Positions 8,947 through 18,558 of a stretch of 64,000 bases of DNA are shown here, one piece after another. The DNA is taken from positions 9,924-73,923 of the forward strand of contig CAZQVF010000001.1 of the NCBI GenBank assembly GCA_964596735.1, read 5' to 3'. How positions within the stretch are numbered: the stretch's first letter is position 1; every line of letters begins with the position of its first letter. This DNA comes from an uncultured Gammaproteobacteria bacterium. Its GTDB lineage: Bacteria; Patescibacteriota; Patescibacteriia; UBA2591; UBA6264. The notes under the pieces were generated by a model. The model worked only from the letters and a program-made list of their open reading frames with translations, had not been told where the DNA came from and did no database searches. Both the position numbers and the translations under genes were made by a program.

Positions 8947-9596
8947 CCCTGGGCCAAAACAATGGCCCAGATTTTTTTTGCCCCGGCTTGATACAGGGCT
9001 TTAGCGGCTTGTTCTAATGTGGCCCCAGTAGTTAAAATATCATCAATTAAAATAATATTTGGGACAATTTTTCCCTGAACCTTAAAAACGTTTTGCACAT
9101 TTAATTTTCTTTGTTCTCGACTAAGATTAGTTTGAGAAGGAGTATCCTTTACTTTTTTCAAGGATTTTTTTAAAGGCCAATTAAAAACAGTGGCTAATTC
9201 CTGAGCAATTAGATCGGCTTGATTAAAGCCTCGTTTGGCCAGTTTCTGCCTAAACAGAGGAATGGGAACTAAAATAAACCTGTTTTTAGATAAATAATTT
9301 AAAGCCAAAGGAGATTGTTTTAAGCATTTTATAAAAAGAGGGGAAAGGCTTTTTAAAACATTGAGATTATAAGGAGAATATTTAAAAGATTTGATGGCTT
9401 TCTTTAATAAAGGTTGTTGATAGTCAAAAATAGTAACAATCCTTTCAAGAGAATAAAGATTAGCCTCCCATTTGTTTAAGATAATAACTTTATCTAAACA
9501 TTTTTGGCAAACAATCTCGCCAATCTGACGGCAGCCAAGACATTCAATCGGAAACAGGGTGTTTAAAATTAAGTTCTTTAATTTATTTATCCACAT
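8943..9596 (-). CDS. comF: ComF-family competence protein (phosphoribosyltransferase domain)
   Basis: An N-terminal Zn-finger (CLGCRQ...CQKCLDK) and a C-terminal PRTase PRPP-binding loop (ILIDDILTTGATL). It is divergent from the pil operon. Confidence 0.75.
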   Translation of the reverse strand: MWINKLKNLILNTLFPIECLGCRQIGEIVCQKCLDKVIILNKWEANLYSLERIVTIFDYQQPLLKKAIKSFKYSPYNLNVLKSLSPLFIKCLKQSPLALNYLSKNRFILVPIPLFRQKLAKRGFNQADLIAQELATVFNWPLKKSLKKVKDTPSQTNLSREQRKLNVQNVFKVQGKIVPNIILIDDILTTGATLEQAAKALYQAGAKKIWAIVLAQG

Positions 9597-9601
9597 ACTT
9601 G

Positions 9602-9643
9602 TTGAAAATAGTATTATATTGTATAATATTATTGTATAATATT
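9602..9643 (+). promoter_or_regulatory. comF/pilM divergent promoter region with a perfect 13-bp tandem duplication carrying two TATAAT boxes
   Basis: TTGAAA lies at 9602-9607. ATTGTATAATATT is repeated exactly in tandem at 9618-9630 and 9631-9643, each copy containing TGTATAAT. Confidence 0.4.
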
Positions 9644-9677
9644 GGTATTAATAAAACAAATTAAGTATCAACTTAAT

Positions 9678-10727
9678 ATGGGTTTTTTTGGTTTTAAACA
9701 AAAAAAAAGTTTTCTAGGCATTGATATTGGGTCAACTAGTATTAAGTTAGTTGAGCTTAGTAAAGAAAAAGGAACTCCCACTTTAGTTACTTATGGTTAT
9801 GCAGAAAGGGCGATTAGTGATATTGTTAAGGGTGATGCTCAGAAAATTTTAAATAAAGTTGCTGCTTTATTAAAAAGGCTATATACAGATGCAGGAATTA
9901 CTAGTTTTCAGGCAGTAACAGCGTTGCCAAATTACTCTGTTTTTAATTCAGTGATTACCCTTCCAATGATGAATAAAAAAGAACTGGATTCCGCTGTTCG
10001 TTGGGAAGCTAAAAAGTTTGTTCCCATGCCCATTAATGACGTGGTCTTGGATTGGCGCATTATTGATACCATTGAAGTTGATAAAAGAAGAAAAAACTAT
10101 CGTATTCTTTTAACTGCAGCGGCCAAGAATTTGGTCAGAAGATATGTTGAAATTTTCAAAAAAGCTGATCTACAGCTCTTATCTTTAGAAACTGAATCAT
10201 TTGCTTTGTCGAGGGCCTTAATTGGCAAAAGTCAGGCAACGACTATGATTATTGATACTAGCGCCGTAACCACTGACATTCTTATTATTGAAAAAGGCGT
10301 GCCCGCTCTTAATCGTAGTATTGATGTTGGGGGGATTACTATTTCTCGGGCTATTGCTAATAGTTTAAATATTGATTTTAAAAGAGCAGAACAGTTTAAA
10401 AGAGATATTGGCATGGGTGGTTCTTCTAAAATTCCCAAGGTGATCGAGGGGATTCTTAAACCAGTAATTGATGAAATGCGTTATTCATTAAAACTTTATC
10501 AAGATCAGTCAGGCAAGGTAGTAGAACAGGTAATTTTTTCTGGCGGATCTGCTTATTTGCCTAATCTGGTTGAATATTTTTCTAAAATTTTAAATATACG
10601 TGTTATTATTGGCAATCCCTGGGCCAGAATTGCTTATCCAGAAGAATTAAAGCCGGCTTTGGAAGAGGTTGCTCCTCGTTTTGCTGTGGCCGTTGGATTA
10701 GCCTTAAGGGAAATTATAAGAACCTGA
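9678..10727 (+). CDS. pilM: Type IV pilus assembly protein PilM (actin-like ATPase fold)
   Basis: The ATG at 9678 gives MGFFGFKQKKSFLGIDIGSTSIKLVEL, the canonical PilM N-terminus. The ORF-track start at 9642 is a TTG. An FtsA/actin-like fold runs throughout. Confidence 0.85.
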   Translation: MGFFGFKQKKSFLGIDIGSTSIKLVELSKEKGTPTLVTYGYAERAISDIVKGDAQKILNKVAALLKRLYTDAGITSFQAVTALPNYSVFNSVITLPMMNKKELDSAVRWEAKKFVPMPINDVVLDWRIIDTIEVDKRRKNYRILLTAAAKNLVRRYVEIFKKADLQLLSLETESFALSRALIGKSQATTMIIDTSAVTTDILIIEKGVPALNRSIDVGGITISRAIANSLNIDFKRAEQFKRDIGMGGSSKIPKVIEGILKPVIDEMRYSLKLYQDQSGKVVEQVIFSGGSAYLPNLVEYFSKILNIRVIIGNPWARIAYPEELKPALEEVAPRFAVAVGLALREIIRT

Positions 10728-10797
10728 TTTTATCAGAATCTTGATTTTCAATTAAGTAAAACTTGAAATTAAAATCTTTAAATTTTTAAATAAATAT

Positions 10798-11601
10798 ATG
10801 GCCATTGTTCCCAATGTTTCTAGACAACCGGGGGATAGAAATGTCAATTCTCTTGCCCCTGAAAACAAGCCGTTAAAAAAGAGCTGGCTAGGTTCGATTT
10901 TTAAAAAAGAAAAAAAATCTTTGGCAGAGCCAAAAGAGCAAGCACCCTTGAGTGAAGAAGAGATTAGAAAACTGTCAGAGAAGAATTTAGAAAAAAAAGA
11001 AAAAAAAGGGTCTGTTGAAAAGTCGTTATTAAGCGACGAAGCTCAGACAGGCTCTTTAGATATTAGTTTAATGCCGGAAAAGGCAGTGATTATCCCCCGT
11101 ATTATTCGTTCCCGGTTATTAATTCTTATTGCCGCTTTAGCCGTTATTGTGCCCGCCTTTGTTTTAGTTTGGCTATACACTGATTATCATTTTGAAAAAA
11201 TGAGAAACGAGGTGATAGCGATGGAAAGAGAAATGCAGTTTTTAAAAGCGCAAAGCGGGTCACTTTTAAAGGTAAGAGATGAGATAATGAATCTGGAGAC
11301 TCAGGCAGCCCGGGCAGAGGAAATTTTAAATGATCATATTTATTGGACTAAATTTTTTAGTTTATTAGAGGCTTATACAATTCCAAATCTTTATTTTAGT
11401 GATTTCACAGCTGATACTAGTGGAATTATTCGACTAGATGCAATGGGTCGAGATTTAATTGATATTGCTCAGCAGATCATTGTCTTTACTCAAGCAGAAG
11501 ATTTTGCCAAAGAGGTAACCGCCTCTAATATTGCTCTGACCCCGGAAGGGATAAGGGCTTCTTTTAGTTTGCTTTTAAATGATAATGTTTTTAAAAAATA
11601 A
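10798..11601 (+). CDS. pilN: PilN-like bitopic pilus assembly protein
   Basis: A charged N-terminal region, a single TM (LLILIAALAVIVPAFVLVWLY), then coiled-coil. It sits between pilM and the pilO-like gene. The assignment rests on architecture and position only. Confidence 0.5.
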   Translation: MAIVPNVSRQPGDRNVNSLAPENKPLKKSWLGSIFKKEKKSLAEPKEQAPLSEEEIRKLSEKNLEKKEKKGSVEKSLLSDEAQTGSLDISLMPEKAVIIPRIIRSRLLILIAALAVIVPAFVLVWLYTDYHFEKMRNEVIAMEREMQFLKAQSGSLLKVRDEIMNLETQAARAEEILNDHIYWTKFFSLLEAYTIPNLYFSDFTADTSGIIRLDAMGRDLIDIAQQIIVFTQAEDFAKEVTASNIALTPEGIRASFSLLLNDNVFKK

Positions 11602-11631
11602 GAACCTGCTTTGCAGAACCTTGAAATTAAA
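11598..11631 (+). repeat. 34-bp intergenic element ATAAGAACCTGCTTTGCAGAACCTTGAAATTAAA, copy 2
   Basis: Identical to 59002-59035. It begins within the stop codon of the upstream gene and lies 20 nt upstream of the pilO-like start. TTGAAA plus a 17-nt spacer plus TATAGC gives a promoter-like arrangement. Confidence 0.75.
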
Positions 11632-11651
11632 AAACATTTTAATTATAGCAT

Positions 11652-12206
11652 ATGGCTCGGGTAAGAAGAGAACAAGTTAAAATAAGAAAATATCAAAATT
11701 TTGTTGTCAGACTTTATTGGTTGGTGATTATTTTACTTTTTCTAGCCGCAGTTTGCGTTGAGTATTTTTTAATTATTAAACCAAGACTAGAACAAACATA
11801 TAATGGTGGCCCATTGGATGTGGAAAGTCGACAAGTTATTTTAGAGGAACAAAGAATCTATTATGAAGCATTAAAAGCATTAGAAAAAGAAGCTAATGAG
11901 ATTAACCAAGCAGAATTAGAAAAAGTAAATTATGTTATTGCAGAGAAGATGAATATACCAGATATTTTAAATCAAATTTTTCTTTTAAATAAGCAAGAAG
12001 GGATGGAGCCACTTGGTTTTGATTTTGCTTTTGATCAAGGCGTTTTACAAATAAATCTACACCTTAAGACAAGTAATTATCAAGATATTAAGAAATATTT
12101 AGATGAAATCGAAAAAAATATTCGCATCATGGACATCACTAGCATATCAATTAAGGGAATAGGAACAGATCTTTCTTTAACTGTTCAAAGTTATTATCTA
12201 GAATAA
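11652..12206 (+). CDS. pilO: PilO-like bitopic pilus assembly protein
   Basis: An N-terminal TM (LYWLVIILLFLAAVCVEYFLII) plus coiled coil plus a C-terminal domain, in operon position after pilN. The call is architecture-based. Confidence 0.45.
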   Translation: MARVRREQVKIRKYQNFVVRLYWLVIILLFLAAVCVEYFLIIKPRLEQTYNGGPLDVESRQVILEEQRIYYEALKALEKEANEINQAELEKVNYVIAEKMNIPDILNQIFLLNKQEGMEPLGFDFAFDQGVLQINLHLKTSNYQDIKKYLDEIEKNIRIMDITSISIKGIGTDLSLTVQSYYLE

Positions 12207-12209
12207 GAC

Positions 12210-12524
12210 ATGGCTAAAATAAAAAGACAACACATTTTTCTTGTAATTTTTATCCTTTTAATTGGATTAATGATTTTTATTATTTCCAAGAATACAGAGA
12301 TACTAGGATTAAAAGGAGGTTCAGATTCAGGCCCTGGCATTGTTAAACCTGACTACTTAATGAAACCCATCCCTAAGATAAATAAGATTAAAACAGTTGT
12401 TGACAATCCAAAATTTAAAGAAATGAAATACGTTAAGGAATTTTTTGAACAAGTAGAAGTTGAAGAAAAAGGTCGGGCCAACCCTTTTATGCCTTATAGA
12501 CCAGACGAAATTCTTGAAGAATAA
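12210..12524 (+). CDS. Small bitopic membrane protein in the pil operon (possible PilP-like component)
   Basis: A 104-aa protein with one N-terminal TM, lying 4 nt after the pilO-like gene and before pilB. Confidence 0.35.
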   Translation: MAKIKRQHIFLVIFILLIGLMIFIISKNTEILGLKGGSDSGPGIVKPDYLMKPIPKINKIKTVVDNPKFKEMKYVKEFFEQVEVEEKGRANPFMPYRPDEILEE

Positions 12525-12541
12525 ATTCATTTAATTAAATT

Positions 12542-14290
12542 ATGATACAGTCTGAGAATAAAATTACCCGTTTTTTAGTTGAACACGGCAAGATTTCTCG
12601 AGCACAATATAAGGAATTGTTAGCCGAAGCTAGAGAAGTCCGCTTGCCTGCGGATAAACTTTTAGAGACAAAGAAAATTTTACCCGAAGAAGACATTGCT
12701 TGGGCTAAAGGCCAATTATATACAGTGCCAGTAATTGACTTATATGGTTTAATTGTTGACCGCAAGGTTCTTAGCTTAGTGCCTAAGGATGTGGCTGAGA
12801 ATTATCAAGTGGCCGCCTTTGCCAAAGAAGGAAATATTTTAAAAGTGGCCATGCTTAATCCAGGTGATTTTAAGGGAAGAGAGGCAATAGATTTTCTTGC
12901 CCGACGAAAAAAACTCAAGCCAGAATTTTATACAACCGCTAGTTCTGCTCTAAAAAATATTTTAGCTCAATATGGGGGCTTATCAGTAGAAGTTAGTGAA
13001 GCAGTTGGTGCAGAAGAATCCCGGTTTGCCCCCATCACCCCAGAGAAAAAATTAACAATCGGAGAAATGGATTTGGAAAAAATGGGTCAGGCAGCTCCAA
13101 TTTCTAAATTAGTCGGCTCTATCTTAAAATATGCGGTTGATAACAATGCTTCTGATGTTCATATTGAGCCCTATACAGACAAAACAAGGGTGCGTTATCG
13201 GGTAGATGGTATTTTAAGAGAAACAGCAATGTTGCCGGGACATCTTCATCCAGCCATTGTTTCTCGAGTTAAAGTGATGGCCAATCTTAAGCTTGACGAG
13301 ACTCGGGTTCCACAGGATGGGCGTATCAGAGTGATTGCCGCCAAAAGAAAGATAGATTTACGTGTTTCTGTATTTCCTTTATTTGACAAAGAAAAAGTAG
13401 TAATGAGGGTTCTTGACCCAGCTCGTCGCGTCTTTGATTTAAAGGATTTAGGTTTTTGGGGAAAAGGTTTGGAGATAATCAAAAAGAATTTAGCTCGAGC
13501 TCATGGTTTGGTTCTAATTACCGGGCCAACTGGTTGTGGTAAAACAACTACTATTTTCGCCTCTTTAAAAATACTTAATCAAGTGAGTGTTAATGTGGTT
13601 ACTTTAGAAGACCCTATTGAATATTTTTTAGCCGGGACTAATCAATCTCAGGTGCGCCCTAAAATTGGTTATTCTTTTGCTTCTGGCTTGCGTTCAGTTG
13701 TTCGTCAAGACCCAGACATTATCATGGTTGGTGAGATTCGTGATAATGAGACAGCCGAATTAGCCACTCACGCTGCCTTAACTGGACACGTTGTTCTTTC
13801 TACTCTTCATACTAATGATGCCTTTGGAGCAGTGCCTCGTTTAATTGATATGGACATAGAACCATTTTTAATTGCCTCTTCATTAAATTTAGTTGTTGCC
13901 CAAAGACTAGTCCGAAAGCTTTGTCCTCATTGTGCCGAACAAGCCGAGTTTTCTCCAGCAGTGGAAAAAACAATAGAACAGGCATTAAAAGACATCAGAG
14001 ATCTTGATTTAGATAAATATCGAGATAAAAAAACAAATCATTTAAAGTTTTATAGAGGCAAGGGCTGTCCTCGATGTAATAATGAAGGTTATCAAGGACG
14101 AGTAGCTATTTCAGAGGCACTAGAGATTACTGAACAAATGAAGGAAATTATTACTAGTGGCTGTAAAATTGATGAGGTTAGGAGGGAGTTTGCTAGACAA
14201 GGGATGTTAGAAATAATCAAAGATGGATACCTTAAGGTTTTACGAGGCGAAACAACAATTGAAGAGGTTTTAAGAGCGGCCAGTGAATAA
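12542..14290 (+). CDS. pilB: Type IV pilus extension ATPase PilB (GspE family)
   Basis: It has Walker A GPTGCGKTTT, Asp box LEDPIEY, Walker B DPDIIMVGEIRD, His box LTGHVVLSTLHTND and the tetracysteine Zn site CPHC...CPRC. An N-terminal GSPII_E_N-like domain is present. All catalytic motifs are intact. Confidence 0.92.
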   Translation: MIQSENKITRFLVEHGKISRAQYKELLAEAREVRLPADKLLETKKILPEEDIAWAKGQLYTVPVIDLYGLIVDRKVLSLVPKDVAENYQVAAFAKEGNILKVAMLNPGDFKGREAIDFLARRKKLKPEFYTTASSALKNILAQYGGLSVEVSEAVGAEESRFAPITPEKKLTIGEMDLEKMGQAAPISKLVGSILKYAVDNNASDVHIEPYTDKTRVRYRVDGILRETAMLPGHLHPAIVSRVKVMANLKLDETRVPQDGRIRVIAAKRKIDLRVSVFPLFDKEKVVMRVLDPARRVFDLKDLGFWGKGLEIIKKNLARAHGLVLITGPTGCGKTTTIFASLKILNQVSVNVVTLEDPIEYFLAGTNQSQVRPKIGYSFASGLRSVVRQDPDIIMVGEIRDNETAELATHAALTGHVVLSTLHTNDAFGAVPRLIDMDIEPFLIASSLNLVVAQRLVRKLCPHCAEQAEFSPAVEKTIEQALKDIRDLDLDKYRDKKTNHLKFYRGKGCPRCNNEGYQGRVAISEALEITEQMKEIITSGCKIDEVRREFARQGMLEIIKDGYLKVLRGETTIEEVLRAASE

Positions 14291-14307
14291 ATTATTAAAT
14301 TATATTT

Positions 14308-15381
14308 ATGAGCACACAAACAGAAGTTATTTTAAATCGTATTTGCCGGGGAGCGGCAGAAAGAAAGGCTTCAGAGATTTATTTATTACCAGCTCAATCT
14401 CCATTTATCAGAGTTGACGGCAAAATGAAAACATTAACCGGAGAGGGAATTGTTTCTTTGTCTTTTATTAACGATTTAATCCCAATTTTTTTAAATTCAG
14501 AAGAACAAGATGTTTTAAAAAAGGAAAGGCAAATCGAAACAATTAAACCTATCGGTAAAATTGGGAGCTCGCAGATAAATGTTTATTATCAAAAAAATGA
14601 ATTAGCTTGTCGTATAAAATTATTGGCCCAAGAAATTATTGCTTTGGAAAAGCTGGGATTACCAGAGATGGTTACTAATTTTACTAATTTATTAAGGGGA
14701 ATTGTTTTTATTACTGGGCCAAGAGACTCGGGTCGATCAACCCTATTAACCTCTTTATTGGATCATATTAATAAGACTCAGGTTAAATTTATTTCCACCT
14801 TAGAAAAGCCGATTAAAGCCACCTTAAGGGGGGTTAAAAGTGTGGTTGAGCAAAGAGAGGTTGGCAAAGATGTTCCTTCATTTTTAGATGGCCTGCGCTA
14901 TATTAGAAAAAGAAACGCAGAAATAGTTATGATTTCACAGATTAAACGAGTTGAAGAAGTAAAAGAAATTTTTGCTATTGCTGAAGCCGGAAGCCTAGTC
15001 TTTACAATTATGGATACCGCCTCAGCCGTTAAAACAATTAGAAGAATTTTACATTTTTTCCCAGCCGAAGAACAAGAAAGCGTCAGATACTTTTTAAGTG
15101 AAAACTTGGGCGGCATTGTTGCTTCTCGTTTAGTGCCCCGAATTGGCGGAGGACGCATTCGGGCCTTAGAGGTTTTGCCTGGAACCCAGGCAGTTAGATC
15201 TATTATTGCCAATGGACGCCTTCATCAGTTAACCGGAGTGATTCAAGCCAGTGAAGATCAGACTTCGATTTCTTTAGATCAATATTTAGCTGATTTGGTT
15301 ACTTCAGGTAAGGTAATGACTGAAGATGCAGTTAAGTATAGTGTTGATGAAGAGCTTTTCCACTCTTTATTAAGAAGATAA
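14308..15381 (+). CDS. PilT-family (retraction-ATPase-like) protein with degenerate catalytic motifs; putative pseudo-ATPase
   Basis: It is colinear with PilT (GIVFITGPRDSGRSTLL vs LVTGPTGSGKSTTL; ISTLEKPIKAT vs LTIEDPIEF; GGGRIRALEVLPGT vs GGGRVAAHEIMIGT; FFPAEEQ vs VFPAEEK). Walker A Lys is replaced by Arg, and the Gly becomes Asp. The Asp-box D is K. Walker B GE is replaced (IVMISQIK vs IILVGEMRD). The His-box His residues are lost (SLVFTIMDT vs HLVFGTLHT). Confidence 0.85.
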   Translation: MSTQTEVILNRICRGAAERKASEIYLLPAQSPFIRVDGKMKTLTGEGIVSLSFINDLIPIFLNSEEQDVLKKERQIETIKPIGKIGSSQINVYYQKNELACRIKLLAQEIIALEKLGLPEMVTNFTNLLRGIVFITGPRDSGRSTLLTSLLDHINKTQVKFISTLEKPIKATLRGVKSVVEQREVGKDVPSFLDGLRYIRKRNAEIVMISQIKRVEEVKEIFAIAEAGSLVFTIMDTASAVKTIRRILHFFPAEEQESVRYFLSENLGGIVASRLVPRIGGGRIRALEVLPGTQAVRSIIANGRLHQLTGVIQASEDQTSISLDQYLADLVTSGKVMTEDAVKYSVDEELFHSLLRR

Positions 15382-15409
15382 GAATGCAAAATCTTGTCAT
15401 ATTTAAAAG

Positions 15410-16621
15410 ATGTTATTTGAATACAAGGCAAAAAATTTAAAAGGAGAAACAGTTGAAGGAACTCTGGAAGCAATTAATCAGGAAGCAGCGGTCAATGTTT
15501 TGGCCGGCCGCAAAATGATTATTATTTCTTTAAAAGAATCTGGGGCGCTCCCTATTTGGCGTCGGCCTTTACGTATCGCTTTTTTGGAAAGAGTTAATCC
15601 AAAAGACATGGTTTTTATGTCTCGTCAGCTTTCCGTTATGGTTTTGGCCGGATTGCCATTAGTTAAGGCTCTGGAGGTTTTGGCCCGCCAGACAAGCAAG
15701 GCCTTTTTAAAGCAGGTGATTAATATTATCGCCGAAGACGTACGGGGAGGAACAAGATTTTCTACGGCCTTGGCTAAGTATCCTAAAATTTTTGATGATT
15801 TTTATGTTAATATGGTCCGAGCTGGAGAAACAGCTGGGAAGCTTGATGAGGTTTTAAATTATTTAGCTAATGAACAAGAAAAGAGTTATGATTTAATGAG
15901 CAAGATAAGGGGAGCAATGATTTATCCGGTTTTTGTTATTGTTGGGGTTGTTGGCGTAATGATTTTAATGATGGTTTTTGTTATTCCTCAGTTAACTGGT
16001 ATTTTAAAAGAATCAGGCGTGGCCTTGCCATTGCCAACCCTTGTTTTAATTAAAACTAGTGAGATTTTAAAGCAATATTTTGTTCTTGTTATGCTTGGGG
16101 CCATTGGGGCTGGTTTTGGCATAAGAGCTTTTTTCAAAAGCAAATCAGGCAAAGCCGCCTTAGACAGTCTTCTTTTAGGGCTTCCAGTTTTTGGTAATTT
16201 ATTTCAACAAGTCTATCTGGTTCGTTTCTCCCGCAGTCTCTCAACCTTAATTATTGGCGGCATTCCTTTAACTTCAGCTTTAAGAATAGTAGCCGGAGTA
16301 GTTAGTAATAATGTTTATAAAAATTTAATCCTTGATGCTGTTATTGATGTAGAAGAGGGTCGTTCAATAAGTAGTGCTTTTATGGATGAACCTCAGGTGC
16401 CTAAGATGCTCCCTCATTTAATGGCGATTGGAGAAGAAACTGGTCGGCTTGATGAGGTTTTACAAAAGATTGCTGATTTTTATTCTCGAGAAGTAGAAAA
16501 TATTTTAGCAAAATTAGTTACTCTACTTGAACCAATTATTATCATCTTCTTGGGTGTAGTTGTCGGCGGTATGGTTGCCTCTATTATCTTGCCTATGTAT
16601 AAATTAGCTTCTGCCTTTTAA
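15410..16621 (+). CDS. pilC: Type IV pilus inner-membrane platform protein PilC (GspF family)
   Basis: A 403-aa protein with two GspF repeats and three TM segments. It begins MLFEYKAKNLKGETVEG, typical for PilC. Confidence 0.88.
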   Translation: MLFEYKAKNLKGETVEGTLEAINQEAAVNVLAGRKMIIISLKESGALPIWRRPLRIAFLERVNPKDMVFMSRQLSVMVLAGLPLVKALEVLARQTSKAFLKQVINIIAEDVRGGTRFSTALAKYPKIFDDFYVNMVRAGETAGKLDEVLNYLANEQEKSYDLMSKIRGAMIYPVFVIVGVVGVMILMMVFVIPQLTGILKESGVALPLPTLVLIKTSEILKQYFVLVMLGAIGAGFGIRAFFKSKSGKAALDSLLLGLPVFGNLFQQVYLVRFSRSLSTLIIGGIPLTSALRIVAGVVSNNVYKNLILDAVIDVEEGRSISSAFMDEPQVPKMLPHLMAIGEETGRLDEVLQKIADFYSREVENILAKLVTLLEPIIIIFLGVVVGGMVASIILPMYKLASAF

Positions 16622-16693
16622 GGGCTCGTAGCTCAATGGTAGAGCGCTTGATTCACATTCAAGAGGTTGATGGTTCGATCCCATCTGGGCCCA
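16622..16693 (+). tRNA. tRNA-Val (anticodon CAC)
   Basis: Manual fold: acceptor GGGCUCG/UGGGCCC (two G-U pairs), D-arm GCUC/GAGC, anticodon stem CUUGA/UCAAG with loop UUCACAU, T-arm GAUGG-UUCGAUC-CCAUC, discriminator A. No CCA is encoded. It starts 1 nt after the pilC stop. Confidence 0.85.
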
Positions 16694-16705
16694 TTTTCTA
16701 AATAT

Positions 16706-17542
16706 ATGCCAGAATTACCAGAAGTTGAAACAATTAAAAATCAGTTAAAAGTCAAGATTAAATCAAAAACAATAAAAAAAATCGAGGTTAAACTGTCTAA
16801 GATGGTCAGAGATACCTCGGTGGTTTTTTTTAAGAAAATGGTGGTGGGAATAAAAATTAAAAACATTGAACGAAGAGCCAAACTTTTAATTATTCACTTG
16901 AATAATGGTTATTCATTGGTTATTCATTTAAAATTATCTGGTCAATTAGTTTATTATCCTAGTTTAGAACAAAAAAAAGAAAAACATACTCATTTAATTT
17001 ATTATTTTTCTGACAACAGTTGTCTCTGTCACAATGATCTAAGGCAATTTGGTTATGTTAAATTAATTAAAACAACAGATCTAGAAAAGTTTTTTCAACA
17101 ACAAGGCTTAGGCCCCGAGCCCCTGGATAAAAGTTTTACTTTAAAAAAATTTAAAGAATTATTAAACAAAAGACCTAATTCAAAGATTAAACCTCTTTTA
17201 ATAAACCAATCTTTTATTGCTGGCATTGGTAATATTTATGCCCAGGAAGCTTGCTGGGGTGCCCAGATTTTACCCATTAGATTAGTTAAGTCTTTAACAG
17301 AAAAAGAAATAAAAAAGCTACATCACTGTTTAATTAAAATTTTAAAACTAGCGATTAAAAGCAAGGGAACAACAGCGGCTGACGCTCATTATATTGATGC
17401 TCAGGGAAGAGAAGGGAGTTATAAAAGCAAATTAAAGGTTTATCAACGACAGAATAAAAAATGTTTTCGTTGTTCACAGAAGATTAAAAGAATAAAATTA
17501 GGCGGGAGAGGAACCAGTTATTGTCCGGGTTGTCAAAAATAA
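16706..17542 (+). CDS. mutM: Formamidopyrimidine-DNA glycosylase (Fpg/MutM)
   Basis: The true start is the ATG at 16706, giving MPELPEVETI (catalytic Pro2/Glu3). The ORF-track start at 16667 would overlap the tRNA. There is a C-terminal zinc finger CFRC...CPGCQK. Confidence 0.88.
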   Translation: MPELPEVETIKNQLKVKIKSKTIKKIEVKLSKMVRDTSVVFFKKMVVGIKIKNIERRAKLLIIHLNNGYSLVIHLKLSGQLVYYPSLEQKKEKHTHLIYYFSDNSCLCHNDLRQFGYVKLIKTTDLEKFFQQQGLGPEPLDKSFTLKKFKELLNKRPNSKIKPLLINQSFIAGIGNIYAQEACWGAQILPIRLVKSLTEKEIKKLHHCLIKILKLAIKSKGTTAADAHYIDAQGREGSYKSKLKVYQRQNKKCFRCSQKIKRIKLGGRGTSYCPGCQK

Positions 17543-17577
17543 AGAGGCTTTGGATTTTTTCTTTTTCCAAAGCCTAT

Positions 17578-18427
17578 TTACTGATTACTTATTTTGCTGG
17601 TTAAGGTGTAAGGAAGAACCGACTGACTGATTAAGACATAGGCATAAACAGTGGTTTTTACTTCTTTAATGCCAATGAAGGGGATGGGTAAAGGGACAAT
17701 GGCATCAACTTGTGCCATTAAAGGAAAGTGATATTGATCGTCACTTATCCAAACCTTAATATGATTTTCTTCACGGAAATAGTGTATTTTTTCCATAAGA
17801 GAGATGTCACACTTAAGGGCTTGGTATGCTTCATTTTCAATGTTGACGATTTCTTTTTGTTTAATAATCAGGGGCATTATTTTAGGAATGACCTGATTAT
17901 TATTCTTTCCTAAAATAGACAAATAATGAACATCATTAACCAATCCCTCCCTTGTTCTTAATTGCATGCCCAAGGTTATCACCTCTTGCAGATCTGTTGG
18001 AGAAAAGCTGGAATCAACAACCACTTTTTCAAAAAAAGGTGATTGCCCTGTCTGCAAGTACTTGTAGGTCATTTCCCGGCCGTTTTTAGTCAGATAAGTC
18101 CAACTAGTATCTGGTGAAGTAAGTAGATCGTCTGAAGCAGCAAAGCGATAGGTTTTTTTAAACTGACCAGTATAACGATTAAACTCAGTATAAATAGTAT
18201 CAACCGTAGCCACCAGCCCTCGGGCTAAACCTATTGTCTGTGAAGTCAGATAAACTGTCATTAAAGAGTCATTTTCTAGTGAAAGACCAATCTCAATATC
18301 AATGACCGCCACTTTTAGTGTTAGCCAGCGAACCTCGGCTGATATTTTTTCTCCAATGAATTTGTCAAATGATGTTTGTCCCCAAACTATTTTAACCAAC
18401 AAAAAAAGAACGATTATTTTTTTCAAG
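17578..18427 (-). CDS. Secreted hypothetical protein (signal peptide)
   Basis: The likely start is a TTG at 18427 preceded by GGAGG (aaaaaaGGAGGattgtaccTTG), giving LKKIIVLFLLVKIVWGQ, a signal peptide. The ORF-track Met at 18498 would add 24 non-signal residues. Confidence 0.5.
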
Positions 18428-18558
18428 GTACAATCCTCCTTTTTTAATATATTATATATTATAAATGAGAGAGGGTTTTTGTCAAATACCATAGACATGA
18501 AAAGCGGGGATGTGGATAACTTTATTGACCTAAATTATTTACCTGTTAATATGTACCT

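Noticed and set aside
9642-9677. TTG start for pilM at 9642
   Set aside because: The ATG at 9678 yields the conserved PilM N-terminus (MGFF...LGIDIGS) and leaves room for the promoter elements. The TTG extension adds unconserved residues.
16667-16705. ORF-track start of fpg at 16667 (MMVRSHLGPFSKY...)
   Set aside because: It would overlap tRNA-Val (16622-16693). The canonical Fpg N-terminus MPELPEVE begins at the ATG at 16706, so the upstream extension is spurious.
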